A stretch of 64,000 nt of DNA from Selaginella moellendorffii (GCF_000143415.4 NW_003314330.1:62001-126000), one strand, 5' to 3'; shown: positions 13,370-25,491, counted from the stretch's first letter. The notes: generated by a model from the letters alone, not told the origin. Numbers and translations are program-made.

Positions 13370-13495
13370 AAGTTTGCTATAACTGTGGGTTTCCCAGGGG
13401 GCACTTAGTTCGCAGATTGTTTCCTCTATGGTCACATAAGCAAGAATTGTCCAAGCAACACTTGTGGAATCTTCTAGCCAAAGATTGCCCAACGA
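13370..13495 (+). pseudogene. Decayed multi-CCHC zinc-knuckle fragment
   Basis: CYNCGFP..GH..ADC, GHISKNCP and TCG..LAKDCP in shifting frames. Confidence 0.55.
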
Positions 13496-13504
13496 AAACC
13501 AAAC

Positions 13505-14110
13505 CTAGATTAAAAAAAAGTGAATCTCACCTCTTACGACTTCGCAGTGGCCCAAAGCGGAGAGAAACGTAATGTTTTTAAAAGCGGCGATGTATTTAAG
13601 TAGCATAGTGTAAGCACTCGTTCTTAAATATCTAGGAAGCTCCCAGATTATCGATTGCTCACACATGTGAAATTGAAAAGGCAGCACCCTCGAGAAGTGA
13701 ATTTCGGATCACCCAGAGGGTTCTCCTGTTCCATGAAGCGAGAAGCGTGTCCCTTCTTCATGCCGTAACGTGTGCTCAAGACGGACGAACTGCCCCTGCG
13801 GAGAGCCAAAGTCTTTCCAGTTGCCTCTAAGGCGTCTGCATACTCGAAGAGCCCGTGATCATCTAAGAAAGCTCTCAGCTCCAAGGCATTCTGCAACGAC
13901 ATCACGAATTCGGTAGGCCAAGTAAAGCTTTGTTGATGCTTGTGTACTTACTTGCTGCTGTTTAGTGAGGCCGAGAGATTTCATATCATTCTTGGTCATG
14001 GACGTGAGCAAGTGGACGTCGTCGTAGCCATTTGTGGTGAAGATCTTACTGCTTCCGGCGAGAACACCGTTGCCAAGGTACTCCTCGAGAGTCTGCATTT
14101 TGTGCTTTTC
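13505..14110 (-). pseudogene. Tandem SAM-like domain gene fragment (intron 13891-13951), probably truncated
   Basis: MQTLEEYLG..IFTTNGYDDVHLLTSMTKNDMKSLGLTKQQQ|NALELRAFLDDHGLFEYADALEATGK..YGMKKGHASRF joined in frame by a 61-bp GT-AG intron; downstream sequence is degraded. Confidence 0.65.
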
Positions 14111-14309
14111 CTAGGTAGGATCCATAAACCTGGTAACTCGTTTTTAAACTCAAATCTAACGCCTTGCAATAGTGTTTCATACTATTCAAAGTCGCCATTT
14201 TTACTTGTTCCACCAGATGAATTGTCCACTCTTGTGGAGCCCCAAAATTGTCAGACTCGAAAAATTTAAGGAGAGTGAGTGCTTCACTCACCTAGGTTAT
14301 GAATGGATT

Positions 14310-14560
14310 TTGTAAGTTTGACTAAATCCCTATTGGCAGATTACAATTTATTATTCAATATAACATAGTAATTTTCCTAATGAGTTGCTCTTTTACATAG
14401 CATAAGTTGTGTGCAATCTATAGAAACTACTATGAGTAATAATCAAATGGGGATTTGGTTAAATTTATAAAAGTCAAACATGCTATCCTATCCATAAAGC
14501 ACAAATAAGACAGTCAAAGTTCTTAGCAAACGTATATACCTGGAATTTTCTTGAATATTC
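14310..14560. mobile_element. Partial copy of the foldback/MITE family at 44650-45340
   Basis: gactaaatccc.attggca...attcaatataa and gggatttggt...taagacagtcaaagtt are shared with the 44.8-45.2 kb element. Confidence 0.55.
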
Positions 14561-17500
14561 TAGTAAACTTTCCTAAACACATTTTAGTATATTCTAGTTT
14601 ATTCTACCATCTAATGGTTGATATTCAATAAGTTTACTCTTTTGTTTATAAAATATAAACATGTTTATAATTATAAACTTCCATCTGATCAATTGGATAA
14701 TAAATATAAATAACACTACTATAAGCAAATCAAGCATTACTACATGTAACATGTAGCAAATTATTTATTACTTAAATAAATTTATTTAGATGGCTTATAA
14801 TATTAATTCATTATCAAACTAAGTATATTGAGATATGGTTTCCTTCTTATAGTTATTTATTTAGATTAATCTTGTATTTATAATTTATAAATATGTTATA
14901 AGCTTTCCTAAATATTTCTAAATATTTAATATATAATAAGATTAATATTGTATTTATATGTTATAAACATAGTTATAAACTTCTGATTGATCAACACAAA
15001 ATAATACTACTATTAAATAAACTTAGCATTATTGCATGCAATGTGCAACAAATTATTATATTACAATATGAAAAATAATATAATTGCTTGTAGACTTCAT
15101 CAAGGACTGATAACATTTGCTTTGTTCGATAATGATTTAGTAGTGATAAATTTACTTTACCAAATGGTGTTATAAAAGATTGTGTTATTAAACTTGCATG
15201 GTTTTTCCATGTTGACATATTGACTATACCTCTGTTGATATCATTTGGTTGTGTTTAGTTCGTGGTGTTGGATTTCATTAAGTCTTGGACAAAGTGAATC
15301 ACTCATTGATGATGTGTTATATGAAACTGAGTATTGTTGAAAGATTAATCTCAGATACTGACTAAGGTATCTTTGACTTAGGTTAGCTTGGTTGCTAAAA
15401 GGTTTTGAGTGGTGATTCATTCTTACTTTCTTCTAGCTTTGTTCTCATATTGATGCCATTGAAGTGATGTTTTATCGTTGACAATATTGATATTGAGATT
15501 CGACTGAAATGAAATGTCTTTTCGTAAGATTGATATTGAGTTTCATTAGTCTTGATATAGATAGTGTTGATGATTTGGCTGTAGCTTTGTGTTATTGGCA
15601 TTTGTGCATTTGCTAGTTAGCAATTATATTAACATTTAAATGAACTAAGTGACAAATGGAGTTAGTTATGTTCTAGTGGAGATTTTTGAGTAGGGGTTGA
15701 GTTTTGAGCTTTTCTTTGAAAAATTATTCAATTAAAAACTATATTAACTTTATAAGAGGAAGAATTAGTGATCGATATTGGAATGTTTAAATCCTTATTG
15801 AATTTGAGTTAGAATATATCAATCATTTATAATTTTTTTTGTGCTTGTTATGATGTGACTTACGTTTTGCTATAGATGGATTTATAAAAGATCGTTTGGT
15901 GATCATTTGTTGAGTATAGCTTCAATATGCTTGACTTTTGAATTAATGCAGATATGCTTTTCATTAGCTTTAGCATTATAAAGTGTAGTTTATGGATGTG
16001 TTGAAGAGGATATTGTGAGTTGTATTATGATTTTTTCTTTAACATTGAAGTTAGTTCATGTGAGACTCATGATCATTGTTAAGCAAGATTTAACTATAAA
16101 CTTCTTTGAGCTTTTGGTTCTTTAAATTTTCATGTTTGTGATCCATTTGTTAGAAGTTGTTAGGGAAAACATTTGGCTCATTAGATTCGATGTTAAAATT
16201 GGCTTTTGCATCTAACAATCATTGGTGATGATTAACTATCATCTAGGATAGTTGATTATCCTTATCAAAAATTTTGCTTTATTATTATTGATCTAGAATG
16301 ATTTGCCATTCTTCGGGATGGTGGATTTTTTTTTTCAATGATGATTATATATTTCTTCATTGATAGAATGATTGATAATCTTTCATAATAGTTAGTTATT
16401 TTTTTTGATGACTTTTGGCTTTTTGCATTACCACATGTTCTTTTGTGGTTTGCTTTGGATTGGTTTATTGGGTTTAAGACATTAATAGGATGTTACTAAC
16501 ACTTGCTTAAGTAACTTGAGTTCTTTTATATTGTTGACTAGAATCTATTTAGATTAGGAATCTTTCCTTACTGCCACGATGGCAAGAAGTCAATATTGCT
16601 GGACCCTTTATTAGTCTCCACCTAAGTTAGTTGAGAAACTAATCATCACATATGCACTTAGACTAGAAGGGCACTAAGGAAGGAAATCCTAAGTTGTCAC
16701 TTAATTAAGCATACTTAACATGGTGACAAAAAACTCATGTTGTTGATTTGCACTTACTAGTGTTAGGAACCCCCGCAATATTGAATTTTGTCCCTCAATA
16801 TTTGCTAAATGATATGTATAGTTTAGCTCCCACTTGTGTACCTGTCCTTGTTTTATGTCCAACTTGGGTCTAAGCCCAAATTCCTGCCAATTGGTGGACA
16901 ACTTATATCTTTGTGTTAAACCACTAATATGCTGAAATGGCACTAGATTTTGTTTAGCTCCATTTTGCATGTTAGTCCTAACATTGGAATGATGGATACT
17001 CTAGGATTGTTTCAAATTATTCCATGCTTATATCCTTTTGCTTTTTGGGTTGTACGCTCGAGAGTTGTTCTATACTTTAGTTTCGTCGTTTTTTGGCTCC
17101 ATGCTTAAGAGTTTGGTTTCATTCTTTCATTCAGTGGCCCAAAGTTTTGAAATTTAAGTTTTACTCCACTGTCTTTGGTGACACATGGCATATGACACAT
17201 GACACATAAAGGGTTTAGGTTTCATTTGCTATACATGTTAGTGAGGAGGATGAATGTGTTTGCATTTGCCCTAAAAACTTGAAGGGCGTGACTCCTCATC
17301 ACCAGCAATCAGCCAACCAACAGGTGGTTATCCGGGTAAAAACCATGACACCCTCCTGCTATAAATTTGGTAATTTAACTTTAAAAGTAACTTACAAATA
17401 AAAATTTAATTATTTTTAATAAAAAACTGTTGCAAATTGGGAGTCCTCTTGGCCATGGCCATGGCCAACCCTTCTGGGTGTGGTTGGCCCTGCAAGCAAG

Positions 17501-18083
17501 AAAAAAAAAAAACAAATTAGAAAAGACCTTACCAGCAATCGCCACACAAACATATTCCATTTCACGGCTGCCTTTGTGATCTCCGCTGCTCCAGCTTAGA
17601 GGAGAGTTCAAGAGAGCACAGGCCACCGCAAACGTTTCTGGGCACCACTTACTGTCCTCCGTTTCTCCAGATTATTAAAAAGATCATCCAGCTTCATTCC
17701 ATCTTCATGACCTGCTCAAATTGTTTCTTCCACTCCAGCATAAGCTCAACAGAACCGTGTAAATCACCACGCATGCCATCTTTTCACCATTAGGGCAGCT
17801 TCATGCAAGTGTAATGCCTGCGATGCCAAAACTCTGAGTTCATTCTCCGGAAGTAACCCTTAACGAGGCCGGCATGGCTGCACGCGAAGAACCGAGAGAA
17901 AGGTGACCGTTTGCAGCTTGTCCTCTTGTATTTTTCTCGAACAGATGAAACACCCGGCTATCGCCCTGACAAGTGTAACCTTCGATTCCAGAGCTCCAAG
18001 TAACGATCCTTCTCCGCATCGACCATGCTGCGACATGGTCTCTTCAGAAATCTTCCCTGCATTGGGCTTCAGGCAATGTCAAT

Positions 18084-18136
18084 GTCGTTGTATTATAGTG
18101 GTGAGCATTTCCGCCTGTCATGTTTCGATCCCTGGT
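18084..18136 (+). pseudogene. tRNA-Asp(GTC) pseudogene, internally deleted
   Basis: gtcgttgtattatagtggtgagcatttccgcctgtca...ttcgatccc; lacks the variable region and the 3' acceptor strand. Confidence 0.85.
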
Positions 18137-18149
18137 CCTAGCTAGTGCT

Positions 18150-18340
18150 TTTTCATGGTGCCTTGATCTGGTCCAGTCTTGCAAATCGCTCCCCGGGGCG
18201 ATTCCACTGCGATCCATCTTTTCGGGAATCGCAAGTGTGGTGGTGCTGCCGAGGCCGGTTTTTATGGGATGCTCGCTCACGGTTTGAGCGTCGAAGAGGC
18301 AGCGTCGGCATTCAGCATGCCCGAGCGCGATCTCTTCTGA
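18150..18340 (+). pseudogene. Deleted inverted copy of the 5' part of the PPR gene at 20116-22530
   Basis: tgccttgatctggtccagtcttgcaaa and atgctcgctcacggtttgagcgtcgaagaggcagcgtcg are nearly identical to segments of that PPR. Confidence 0.85.
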
Positions 18341-19407
18341 ATAACACCTGATGCGCTCTACGTACCAGATGAAGATTTTCGACTCTCTTTCAGCCTGACT
18401 GTTCCAATGGAGCAACACAGGAAGGCGACACCAGCGAGCCCTTTTTCATATGCAGAGGTATGTTGTTGGAGCATGGCGGAGACGGGCCTAGAGGACCTCT
18501 ATCTCAGGCTAGCAAAGCTGGAGTAACAAGAAGAAGAAGATCACTCTCTGGATGGAGGGAGAGAGTGATCTGGTACCAATGAATCCGGATCTGTGGAAGG
18601 GCAAGCCGGCGCAGCTGCTGCTCAAGATTCTTGCCGACCATCTCCCCTCCGCCTGGCGACGGCGACTGGGAGCTCACCGCCGCCATTCTCGCGCAGCCCT
18701 TGAAGAAAGACACGCTTGCTCTTGTGCTTGGAGCTGGTATATCAGTCAAGAGCTGGATTCGTGTGCCAATCTTGCGGCGCTGAGCTCCTCCGGAAGAATC
18801 TCGGACTTCCTTGATGGCGAGCTAGGGGATGAGAGTGACGAGAGGCTGGAGTCTATATGGATGATGTTGCCATCCAAGTTCCAGCGCCAGCGCTTGCCAT
18901 CATCATCGCGCATCCTGTCCGGGAGCTTGAAGACACGGTTCTCGCCGTGGGCTGGAAGCTCGACAGTGCTCACCACTTTGATGATCTTGGAGACGACTTT
19001 CTTCATTGTTCGTGACGACCAGTAGTCGAAATGCTGGCTTCGAAAAGAAGACAGTAGTAATGTAGAGACATCTGGTCGCGCATGAAGTTTCAAGCTGGTG
19101 GATGGATAACTCCATCCAAGCTTGTCGAAAGAAAACATACTTAGAAGTTGAATAAATCCAAAAAACGCTATGGAAGAGTCGAATGTTTCCCGGATGGATG
19201 GATATGCGGCAATGGTTCGAAGAAGATCAAACAAAGATGGACGCTTTACTCGAGGCTGGCCCTTGCATAGAGCGTCAACGTTGGAGACCATAGATTCACG
19301 CGGTATTGCCAGCAATTTGCTCCGGTATAAAAGTCAGGTGAATTCCATCTTGTGAGAGTATCAGTCATTCAAGCTCTTTAGTGTTCTTGTCTGAGTTAAG
19401 TAGTATC

Positions 19408-20031
19408 ATGTCGATGGCTAGTTTGCAAGTGATCTTCTTCTTCTTGTTAGCTCTTGTTGCGGTGGGAGTGTTTGCCTCCGATCCGGAGCTTGTCTCGGAT
19501 TTCGCTGCTAATCCCGCCGCCATCAACGCGAGCTTCTTCACTTTCACTGGCTTTCGCAGCGATGTCACGGCTCCAGCAGGAACTTTCCTGGTGAAGAAGG
19601 CATCGCTCGCGGAATTCCCTGGTCTGAATGGCCTCGGCGTCTCCATGGCCAAGCTCTCCTACCAGCCAGGCACGACCAATCCCCCGCACATCCATCCCCG
19701 GGGCGCGGAGCTCCTCTTCGTGTTACAGGGCTCGCTCAGCGTCGGCCTGTTGGACACCACCAACAAGCTCTTCGTCCAGAAGCTCGAGATGGGCGATATG
19801 TTCGTGTTTCCAAAGGGTCTCGTCCACTTCCAATTCAACGATGGACAGCACGAGGCCAAGGCCATCTCGGCCTTCGGGAGCTCCAATGCCGGCACCGTTT
19901 CCCTCCCTGTCACCCTCTTTGGGTCTGGAATTGACGATCAAATCCTCAGCAAGGCTTTCAAGGTGAGCACGGACACTGTCAAGACTCTCAAAAACGCTCT
20001 CGCAGTGAAGAAAACTGCGAGGAAGCTTTGA
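19408..20031 (+). CDS. Germin-like protein (cupin), intronless, signal peptide
   Basis: Germin boxes NPPHIHPRGAELLFV and GDMFVFPKGLVHFQFN. TATAAAA at about 19326. Confidence 0.95.
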   Translation: MSMASLQVIFFFLLALVAVGVFASDPELVSDFAANPAAINASFFTFTGFRSDVTAPAGTFLVKKASLAEFPGLNGLGVSMAKLSYQPGTTNPPHIHPRGAELLFVLQGSLSVGLLDTTNKLFVQKLEMGDMFVFPKGLVHFQFNDGQHEAKAISAFGSSNAGTVSLPVTLFGSGIDDQILSKAFKVSTDTVKTLKNALAVKKTARKL

Positions 20032-20115
20032 TTCTTTCAATGTTTTTAAAATTGATAACGTGGGTCCAATTCTACCGTCGATCCCCTTTAATTCCTTGAG
20101 CATATTTCTCTTGGT

Positions 20116-22530
20116 TTAAATGCTGACCGTCAGATTTTTCCACGCAAGCATGTAGAAGGCGGGATCGCTCTTCTCTGCCATAGCCATTCCAGCGACCCTC
20201 CGCCCTCGCTTGGCATCGCTCTGTGTCGCGCAAGCTCCCAGATATGCTTTCCAAAACACCGAATTTTTCTCACAAGCCAAGGCTTTGATGAATCGTTCCA
20301 CGGTTTCCAGAGATCCGGCTCTTCCCAGGAGATCTGCGAGGCATCCATACTGTTCTCGCCTTGGATTGATCCCATGATCTAGGACGAATTCCCCGAAGTA
20401 TCTGTGTCCTAGCTCCACAAACCCAACATGACAGCACGCCGAAAGAATGCCCAAGAGTGTGAGCTCGTTTGGTTTGATTCCTTCCAGCTGCATCTCCTTC
20501 TGCAACTCGAGCGCCTCTTGGCTATACCCGTGTTGGGCATACGCTTGGATCATGCAGTTCCAGGATACCACATCTTTACTCGAGCTCAACGACTCGAAAG
20601 CTTGTCTTGCGAGAGGGATGCTTCCACAGGTGGAATACATTTTGATCACTGTGTTGCAAACGTGTGCACTGGAATCAAACCCATTATCAAGAGCACTTGA
20701 GTGAATCTGCTTTCCCTGCGCTAGATCCATTCTCGAATTGCAAACTTGGAGAGCAGAAACAAAAGTTGTCTCGTTTGGCTGCAAGCCTTCCATGTAGAGC
20801 ATTTGGAAGATCGATTTTGGGAAGAAAGAAACCATGAGATTGTAAGTGTCTAGAGCAATCTCAGGCATGCCTTGGAAGAGTTTCCATGCCTCTTCAAACT
20901 TTTGGTTCTCGGCATACGCAGCTAGCAAGGTGTTCCAGGATATCAAGTCCCGCTCAGGCATTGCTTGGCTAAGAATTTTACGAGACAAGGCATCCACATC
21001 TCGGGAATGTGAGACCAGGAGGAGATTCCACGAGAGCATGCTATGCTCCGGCATTTGATCAAACAGCCCAGTCGCATCGGTGTAAAGCTCGCTTCGAGCG
21101 TAAGCTCCGAGCATAGAATTCCAGGACACTAGATTCCTGTGCGGCATTTCGTCAAACACGCACTTGGCCTCTTCCACACGCCCATGCTGGGACAACATCG
21201 ATACCATTCCATTGCAGCTAGCGAGATTATGCTGCAGCATCTTCTCTCGAAAAAGTTTCTGGGCTTCTCCAAGCTGGCCACAACGAGCAAAGGCAGCCAA
21301 CATCGAGTTCCATGAAACTATGTCTCTTTGCGGCATCGTATCAAACAAAACCTTGGCTTCGTCCAAATGCCCAGCCTGAGCATAAGCAGATATCATCGCG
21401 TTCCACGATATCAAGTCGCAGTGGTGGAGGCTTTCGAGGATACTCCGAGCTTCTGAGAGATGCCCGGAATGGGCATACGCCCCCAGCATTGTGTTGGAGC
21501 TCGGGATATCTCGCCAAGGCATGGATTCAAAGAGAGACTTGGCCATTTGGAGATCATCCGCTTGGATGTAAGCACCGAGCATCGCGTTCCAGCAGATGCT
21601 ATCCCGCTCGGGAAGCTCGATAAAGATGGAGCGCGCCTCGTCCAGAGAGCCCTCTTGCGAGAGCGCGGAGATGATCGCGGTGCAAGAGCACGCACTCCAC
21701 TCGGGCATTGCGTAGAACACTCGCCTTGCATCGCCCACGCGGCCATTTCTCGCGAGCACCACTACCAGCGCTGTCCATGAGAAGAGATCGCGCTCGGGCA
21801 TGGCGCTGAATGACGACGCTGCCTCTTCGACGCTCAAACCGTGAGCGAGCATTGTGTTCCATGATCTTATCTCTCGTTCTGGCATTTCCAGAAAGACCAT
21901 CTTGGCAGCGATGGCTTCCCCGGCCCGGGTAAGCACGGCGAGGAGAGTGTTCCAGGAGATGAGATTGTGCAGTGGCATCAAATGGAACATCTCGTGCGCT
22001 CCCTCGACGTCGTCCATCTGCAAGTACACAGCCAGCATTGCATTGCAGGAAACAAGATTCTTCTCGGGTATCTTACCGAAGGTAATTTGCGCTTGCTCCA
22101 GATATCCTGCCCGGGCATATGCAGTAAACATGGAGTTCCAAGAGACTAGATTCCACTGCGGCATCCTTTCAAAAAATGCTTCCACTCGAATAACGTTTCC
22201 CGAGTTCGCAGACAGCATGATGTTCCACGCAACCAGAGTTCTGTGAGGCATTGTCTCAAAGATCTCGGTGGCGGCATCCAGCTGACGGTTGCGAGAGTAA
22301 GCCGCAAGCATGATCTCCCAGGAAAACGAGTCCCTGTTGCTCATCCCGTCAAAAATCGCGCGTGCCTCCGCAGCACTGCCACATTTCCCATACATCTCGA
22401 TGAGCTTGTTCCCGAGAAACAAATCTAGCTCCTTCCCGAAGATATGGATCGCAGTGGCATGGATTTGGCGCGCGCAGGGGAGCGTTTTGCAAGACTGGAC
22501 CAGATCAAGGCACTCGCTCCGAGTGAGCAT
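20116..22530 (-). CDS. PLS-class PPR protein with short E-type C-terminus, no DYW (about 804 aa)
   Basis: Intronless ORF of repeated MPxRNLVSWNxMLxAY motifs, then LSACCHVG and YGCLADLLGRAG. First ATG at 22530. Confidence 0.9.
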   Translation of the reverse strand: MLTRSECLDLVQSCKTLPCARQIHATAIHIFGKELDLFLGNKLIEMYGKCGSAAEARAIFDGMSNRDSFSWEIMLAAYSRNRQLDAATEIFETMPHRTLVAWNIMLSANSGNVIRVEAFFERMPQWNLVSWNSMFTAYARAGYLEQAQITFGKIPEKNLVSCNAMLAVYLQMDDVEGAHEMFHLMPLHNLISWNTLLAVLTRAGEAIAAKMVFLEMPEREIRSWNTMLAHGLSVEEAASSFSAMPERDLFSWTALVVVLARNGRVGDARRVFYAMPEWSACSCTAIISALSQEGSLDEARSIFIELPERDSICWNAMLGAYIQADDLQMAKSLFESMPWRDIPSSNTMLGAYAHSGHLSEARSILESLHHCDLISWNAMISAYAQAGHLDEAKVLFDTMPQRDIVSWNSMLAAFARCGQLGEAQKLFREKMLQHNLASCNGMVSMLSQHGRVEEAKCVFDEMPHRNLVSWNSMLGAYARSELYTDATGLFDQMPEHSMLSWNLLLVSHSRDVDALSRKILSQAMPERDLISWNTLLAAYAENQKFEEAWKLFQGMPEIALDTYNLMVSFFPKSIFQMLYMEGLQPNETTFVSALQVCNSRMDLAQGKQIHSSALDNGFDSSAHVCNTVIKMYSTCGSIPLARQAFESLSSSKDVVSWNCMIQAYAQHGYSQEALELQKEMQLEGIKPNELTLLGILSACCHVGFVELGHRYFGEFVLDHGINPRREQYGCLADLLGRAGSLETVERFIKALACEKNSVFWKAYLGACATQSDAKRGRRVAGMAMAEKSDPAFYMLAWKNLTVSI

Positions 22531-22565
22531 AACCCAAACATCACGAAATGAGAGGTTCTTTTTTC

Positions 22566-22637
22566 CGCCGTTGCCGGGGATCGAACCCGGGTCGTCCGCG
22601 TGACAGGCGGAAATACTCGCCACTATACTACAACGAC
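22566..22637 (-). tRNA. tRNA-Asp(GTC)
   Basis: 72-nt cloverleaf GTCGTTGTAGTATAGTGGCGAGTATTTCCGCCTGTCACGCGGACGACCCGGGTTCGATCCCCGGCAACGGCG; upstream TATAA at 22664-22668. Confidence 0.95.
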
Positions 22638-22689
22638 ATCGACATTGAGCGTTTTTTTTCTCCTTATAGTAGTTTCAAGTAGCTCAGCT

Positions 22690-23170
22690 TCCGGTTTCAC
22701 AGCTTTTGGAAAACCATCGGTGATTCTTTCTAAGGAAATATACCAGACTCCAGACCCGATCGATCCCGGAACTCGCGGAAGAATCGTTCAAGCTAGATCC
22801 GCGAGGCAACCATTTGAAACCGCTGCTGGCCGGTCTCGAGACCCTGACGCTGCCGAAGGAGATGTAGAGTACGGAATTTGGAGCATGCTTGTCGAGCCAG
22901 TCGAGTGATATGGATCTCAAGCTCGCCTCCAGGTGTTGCCACCCTTGAGCGGGAATTACTTATATTTATCATGGACTCTATTTTGTCACGGCGATGGATG
23001 TCGGAGTATTGCACCCCTAGTGCATAGACCCGGACACAATCTTACTGTTGGAAACAACTTCCTCGAAGACTTGCAGCTCCATCTCGAAGATCGAGTTTGC
23101 AAGGATCCATGAGTCAAAGAGAGAGCAAGAGAAAGCGAGAGACACTTCTCGACTCCCCTGTTTTTGTAGA
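22690..23170 (-). pseudogene. UDP-glycosyltransferase (family 1) fragment
   Basis: SLDWLDKHAPNSVLYISFGS and WILANSIFEMELQVF; frameshifted, no PSPG box. Confidence 0.8.
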
Positions 23171-23306
23171 AATCTCTGTGGTGGTTGGCTCTAAATGGCT
23201 TGTTAACTAGAACTTTCTAGCTAATAAAGAAATCCGTTTTTATTTTCCTTTCTTTCTGAGTGGCTTAAAGAGATTTCTTTTCCGAAAATTCTGGTATATA
23301 CATTTT

Positions 23307-23543
23307 GGATCTGTTCACACAAACATAAGGTCATTGAATTACAATTTAAAATCATTTTTTTTTATTTTGTTATTATTTTGTTAGTCACAATCGCTTTCAG
23401 TCATTTTTATTTTTTTATTTTCACTTTCTGGTAAGGAAAAAAAACTAAACAAAAGAATAAATCTGATTATGATAAATAAATATAATAAATAATATATTAA
23501 AATTTAAATTCAACGACCTTATGTTTATATGAACTATTGATCC
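23307..23543. mobile_element. MITE (about 237 bp, AT-rich, TIRs of about 35-40 bp)
   Basis: ggatc..gttcacacaaacataaggtcattgaatt is inverted to aattcaacgaccttatgtttatatgaac..gatcc. Confidence 0.7.
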
Positions 23544-24943
23544 TATAAGATCTCTAAAATATATTTTCTTTCTACTTGTATTTTATTTTATTCGGCTTTC
23601 TAAACATTTATTGTGAGGGGCAAGCACTCACATTATCAAATATTGTTACATTAAGAAATTCTACAAAAATGATTTAGTGATATATTTATTAATTATTTAA
23701 CTCGTAAACGTCCGAGTTTAACTTATAATGATACTTATTATAAAAGTTTGAATGTGGGAATTTTTTCATCCACCAAGTATTTATAATTAAGTTTTGTTAA
23801 TCTCCATATATTTTATGCTTAAATTCAAAGATCATTAAAATAATTTTAAATTTGATAAAAAAATTCATATATTAAGATTGGTGGTAATGATCTTAGTTAC
23901 AGCATGCTAAATTCTGCACATATAATGAATATTAGAATTCTAGGAGTGGGATTTATAAAATTACAATATATAATGTTTAGTAAGGAATATTCCATGTTTT
24001 CATTATGCAGTTATTACAATTATTTCTAATGCTATTTGGATGCATTATGACAATTTTTTGGATGTCTTGTTGAAGCTAGAAATGTTATTGATCATTTAAT
24101 AATAAATTATTGGTCATAACAAATGATATTAACAATCAAAATGATAATTTGTTTTTTGCAAGTGATGATATAATTAAGAATTATGGATTTATAAATTATA
24201 AGCTTTCTTGTTGCAGGATACTTGAAAATGAATAATAATACAGCATATTTGTGATTTGTGAATCATAAACTAACTGTTTACAACAATCCAAATGAATGTT
24301 TATCATTTGATAACACCTATTTCACTCAACAATATATTATTCCAATTATGAGTTTATTGCTTAGCAAATCAAGGGTTAAATGTGACAGTAGACTGGCCAG
24401 GACTTGGTTTTACTAATTTGAAATCCAAGGACTATTTCCTTACCCACTAACACTAACATTTTAGCAAGATTTAAGATTGTAGTGTAATGAGGATTCTTTC
24501 AGTAGGAACAATAAACTCCTTATTAATGATAATCTCAAGAGGATGCAAAGCGTTACCACTGGATAAAGGACAGAGTGAAGATAGCTCTTGTCTGACATTG
24601 GCTTTCTTAGCCTCTCGTTTTCGATGACAAAGCCAGAATCACGTAGTGCAGACTTACTTGATTGTCCGTAGTACATTGCAAAATCACCGAAATAATTAGC
24701 CACCGAGAGTCCATACGCTCCAGGGAGATTGTTTCTCAGCGTGATTTCCATAAGAGACATATGTCACTTCCTCCATTAAATCCAAGACGCAAGCTTCAAG
24801 CAACTAAGTTTCTCAAGGACGACCAAGAACTTCTTCTGACAAGTAAATGAGAACTTCAACTGCCACATTTGGAGAATGGGTTGACGTCATTGTTCCAGGA
24901 AAAGCTAAGGCAATCACTTTCAGAGAAACCAATCTATCATCGT

Positions 24944-25430
24944 AACAGGGACTTGTTTTCTTGGTTGCGGCTTACTCTCGCAACCACCAGACTACCAAGA
25001 TCTTTGCGAAAATGCCTTGGTGGCGTGGACCATCATCCTGTCTACAAACTCGGATAACGTTTCTCAAGTAGAAGAAGCTTCTGAGAAGATGTCGCAGTGG
25101 AATCTGATCTCTTGAAACTTCATGTTTACTGCATATGCCTGGTCAGGGTATATGAAGAAAGCGTAAAGTACCTTCGATATGATACCCAAAAAGAATCCTG
25201 TTTCTGCAATGCAATGCGAACACGAGTTGTTCCGGATGATGCCGCTGCACAATCTCATCTCTTGGAACAGCCTTGGCTGGTGAGAAAAAGTCAGTGTTTT
25301 GGAAAGCATATATTGGAGCTTGCGCTCCAGAGCGATGCCAAGCGAGGGCGGAGGGTCGCGGGACTGGCTATGGCCGAGAAGAGCGATCCCGCCTTCTACA
25401 TGCTTGGGTGGAGAAATCTTTAAACCAAGG
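24944..25430 (+). pseudogene. Deleted inverted copy of the PLS-E PPR gene
   Basis: Blocks match both the 5' part (aacagggac..gcttactctcgcaac) and the 3' end (QSDAKRGRRVAG.AMAEKSDPAFYML) of 20116-22530. Confidence 0.85.
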
Positions 25431-25491
25431 AGAGGAATATGCTCAATGAATTAAAGGAATTTCATAAACTTTGAAAGAATCGAAGGACTTC

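Noticed and set aside
14600-16700. Short ORFs in the very AT-rich tract
   Set aside because: Low complexity, with no transposase or other motif I could support.
19365-20103. Antisense and alternative-frame ORFs conserved across the GLP, PPR and retroelement copies
   Set aside because: These are by-products of GC-rich codon usage and recent duplication of the sense genes.
22531-22623. 31-aa N-terminal extension of the 835-aa PPR ORF
   Set aside because: It starts at a non-ATG codon inside the tRNA-Asp; the first ATG is 22530.
24461-24760. 99-aa minus-strand ORF
   Set aside because: No recognisable domain; it sits in decayed AT-rich sequence.
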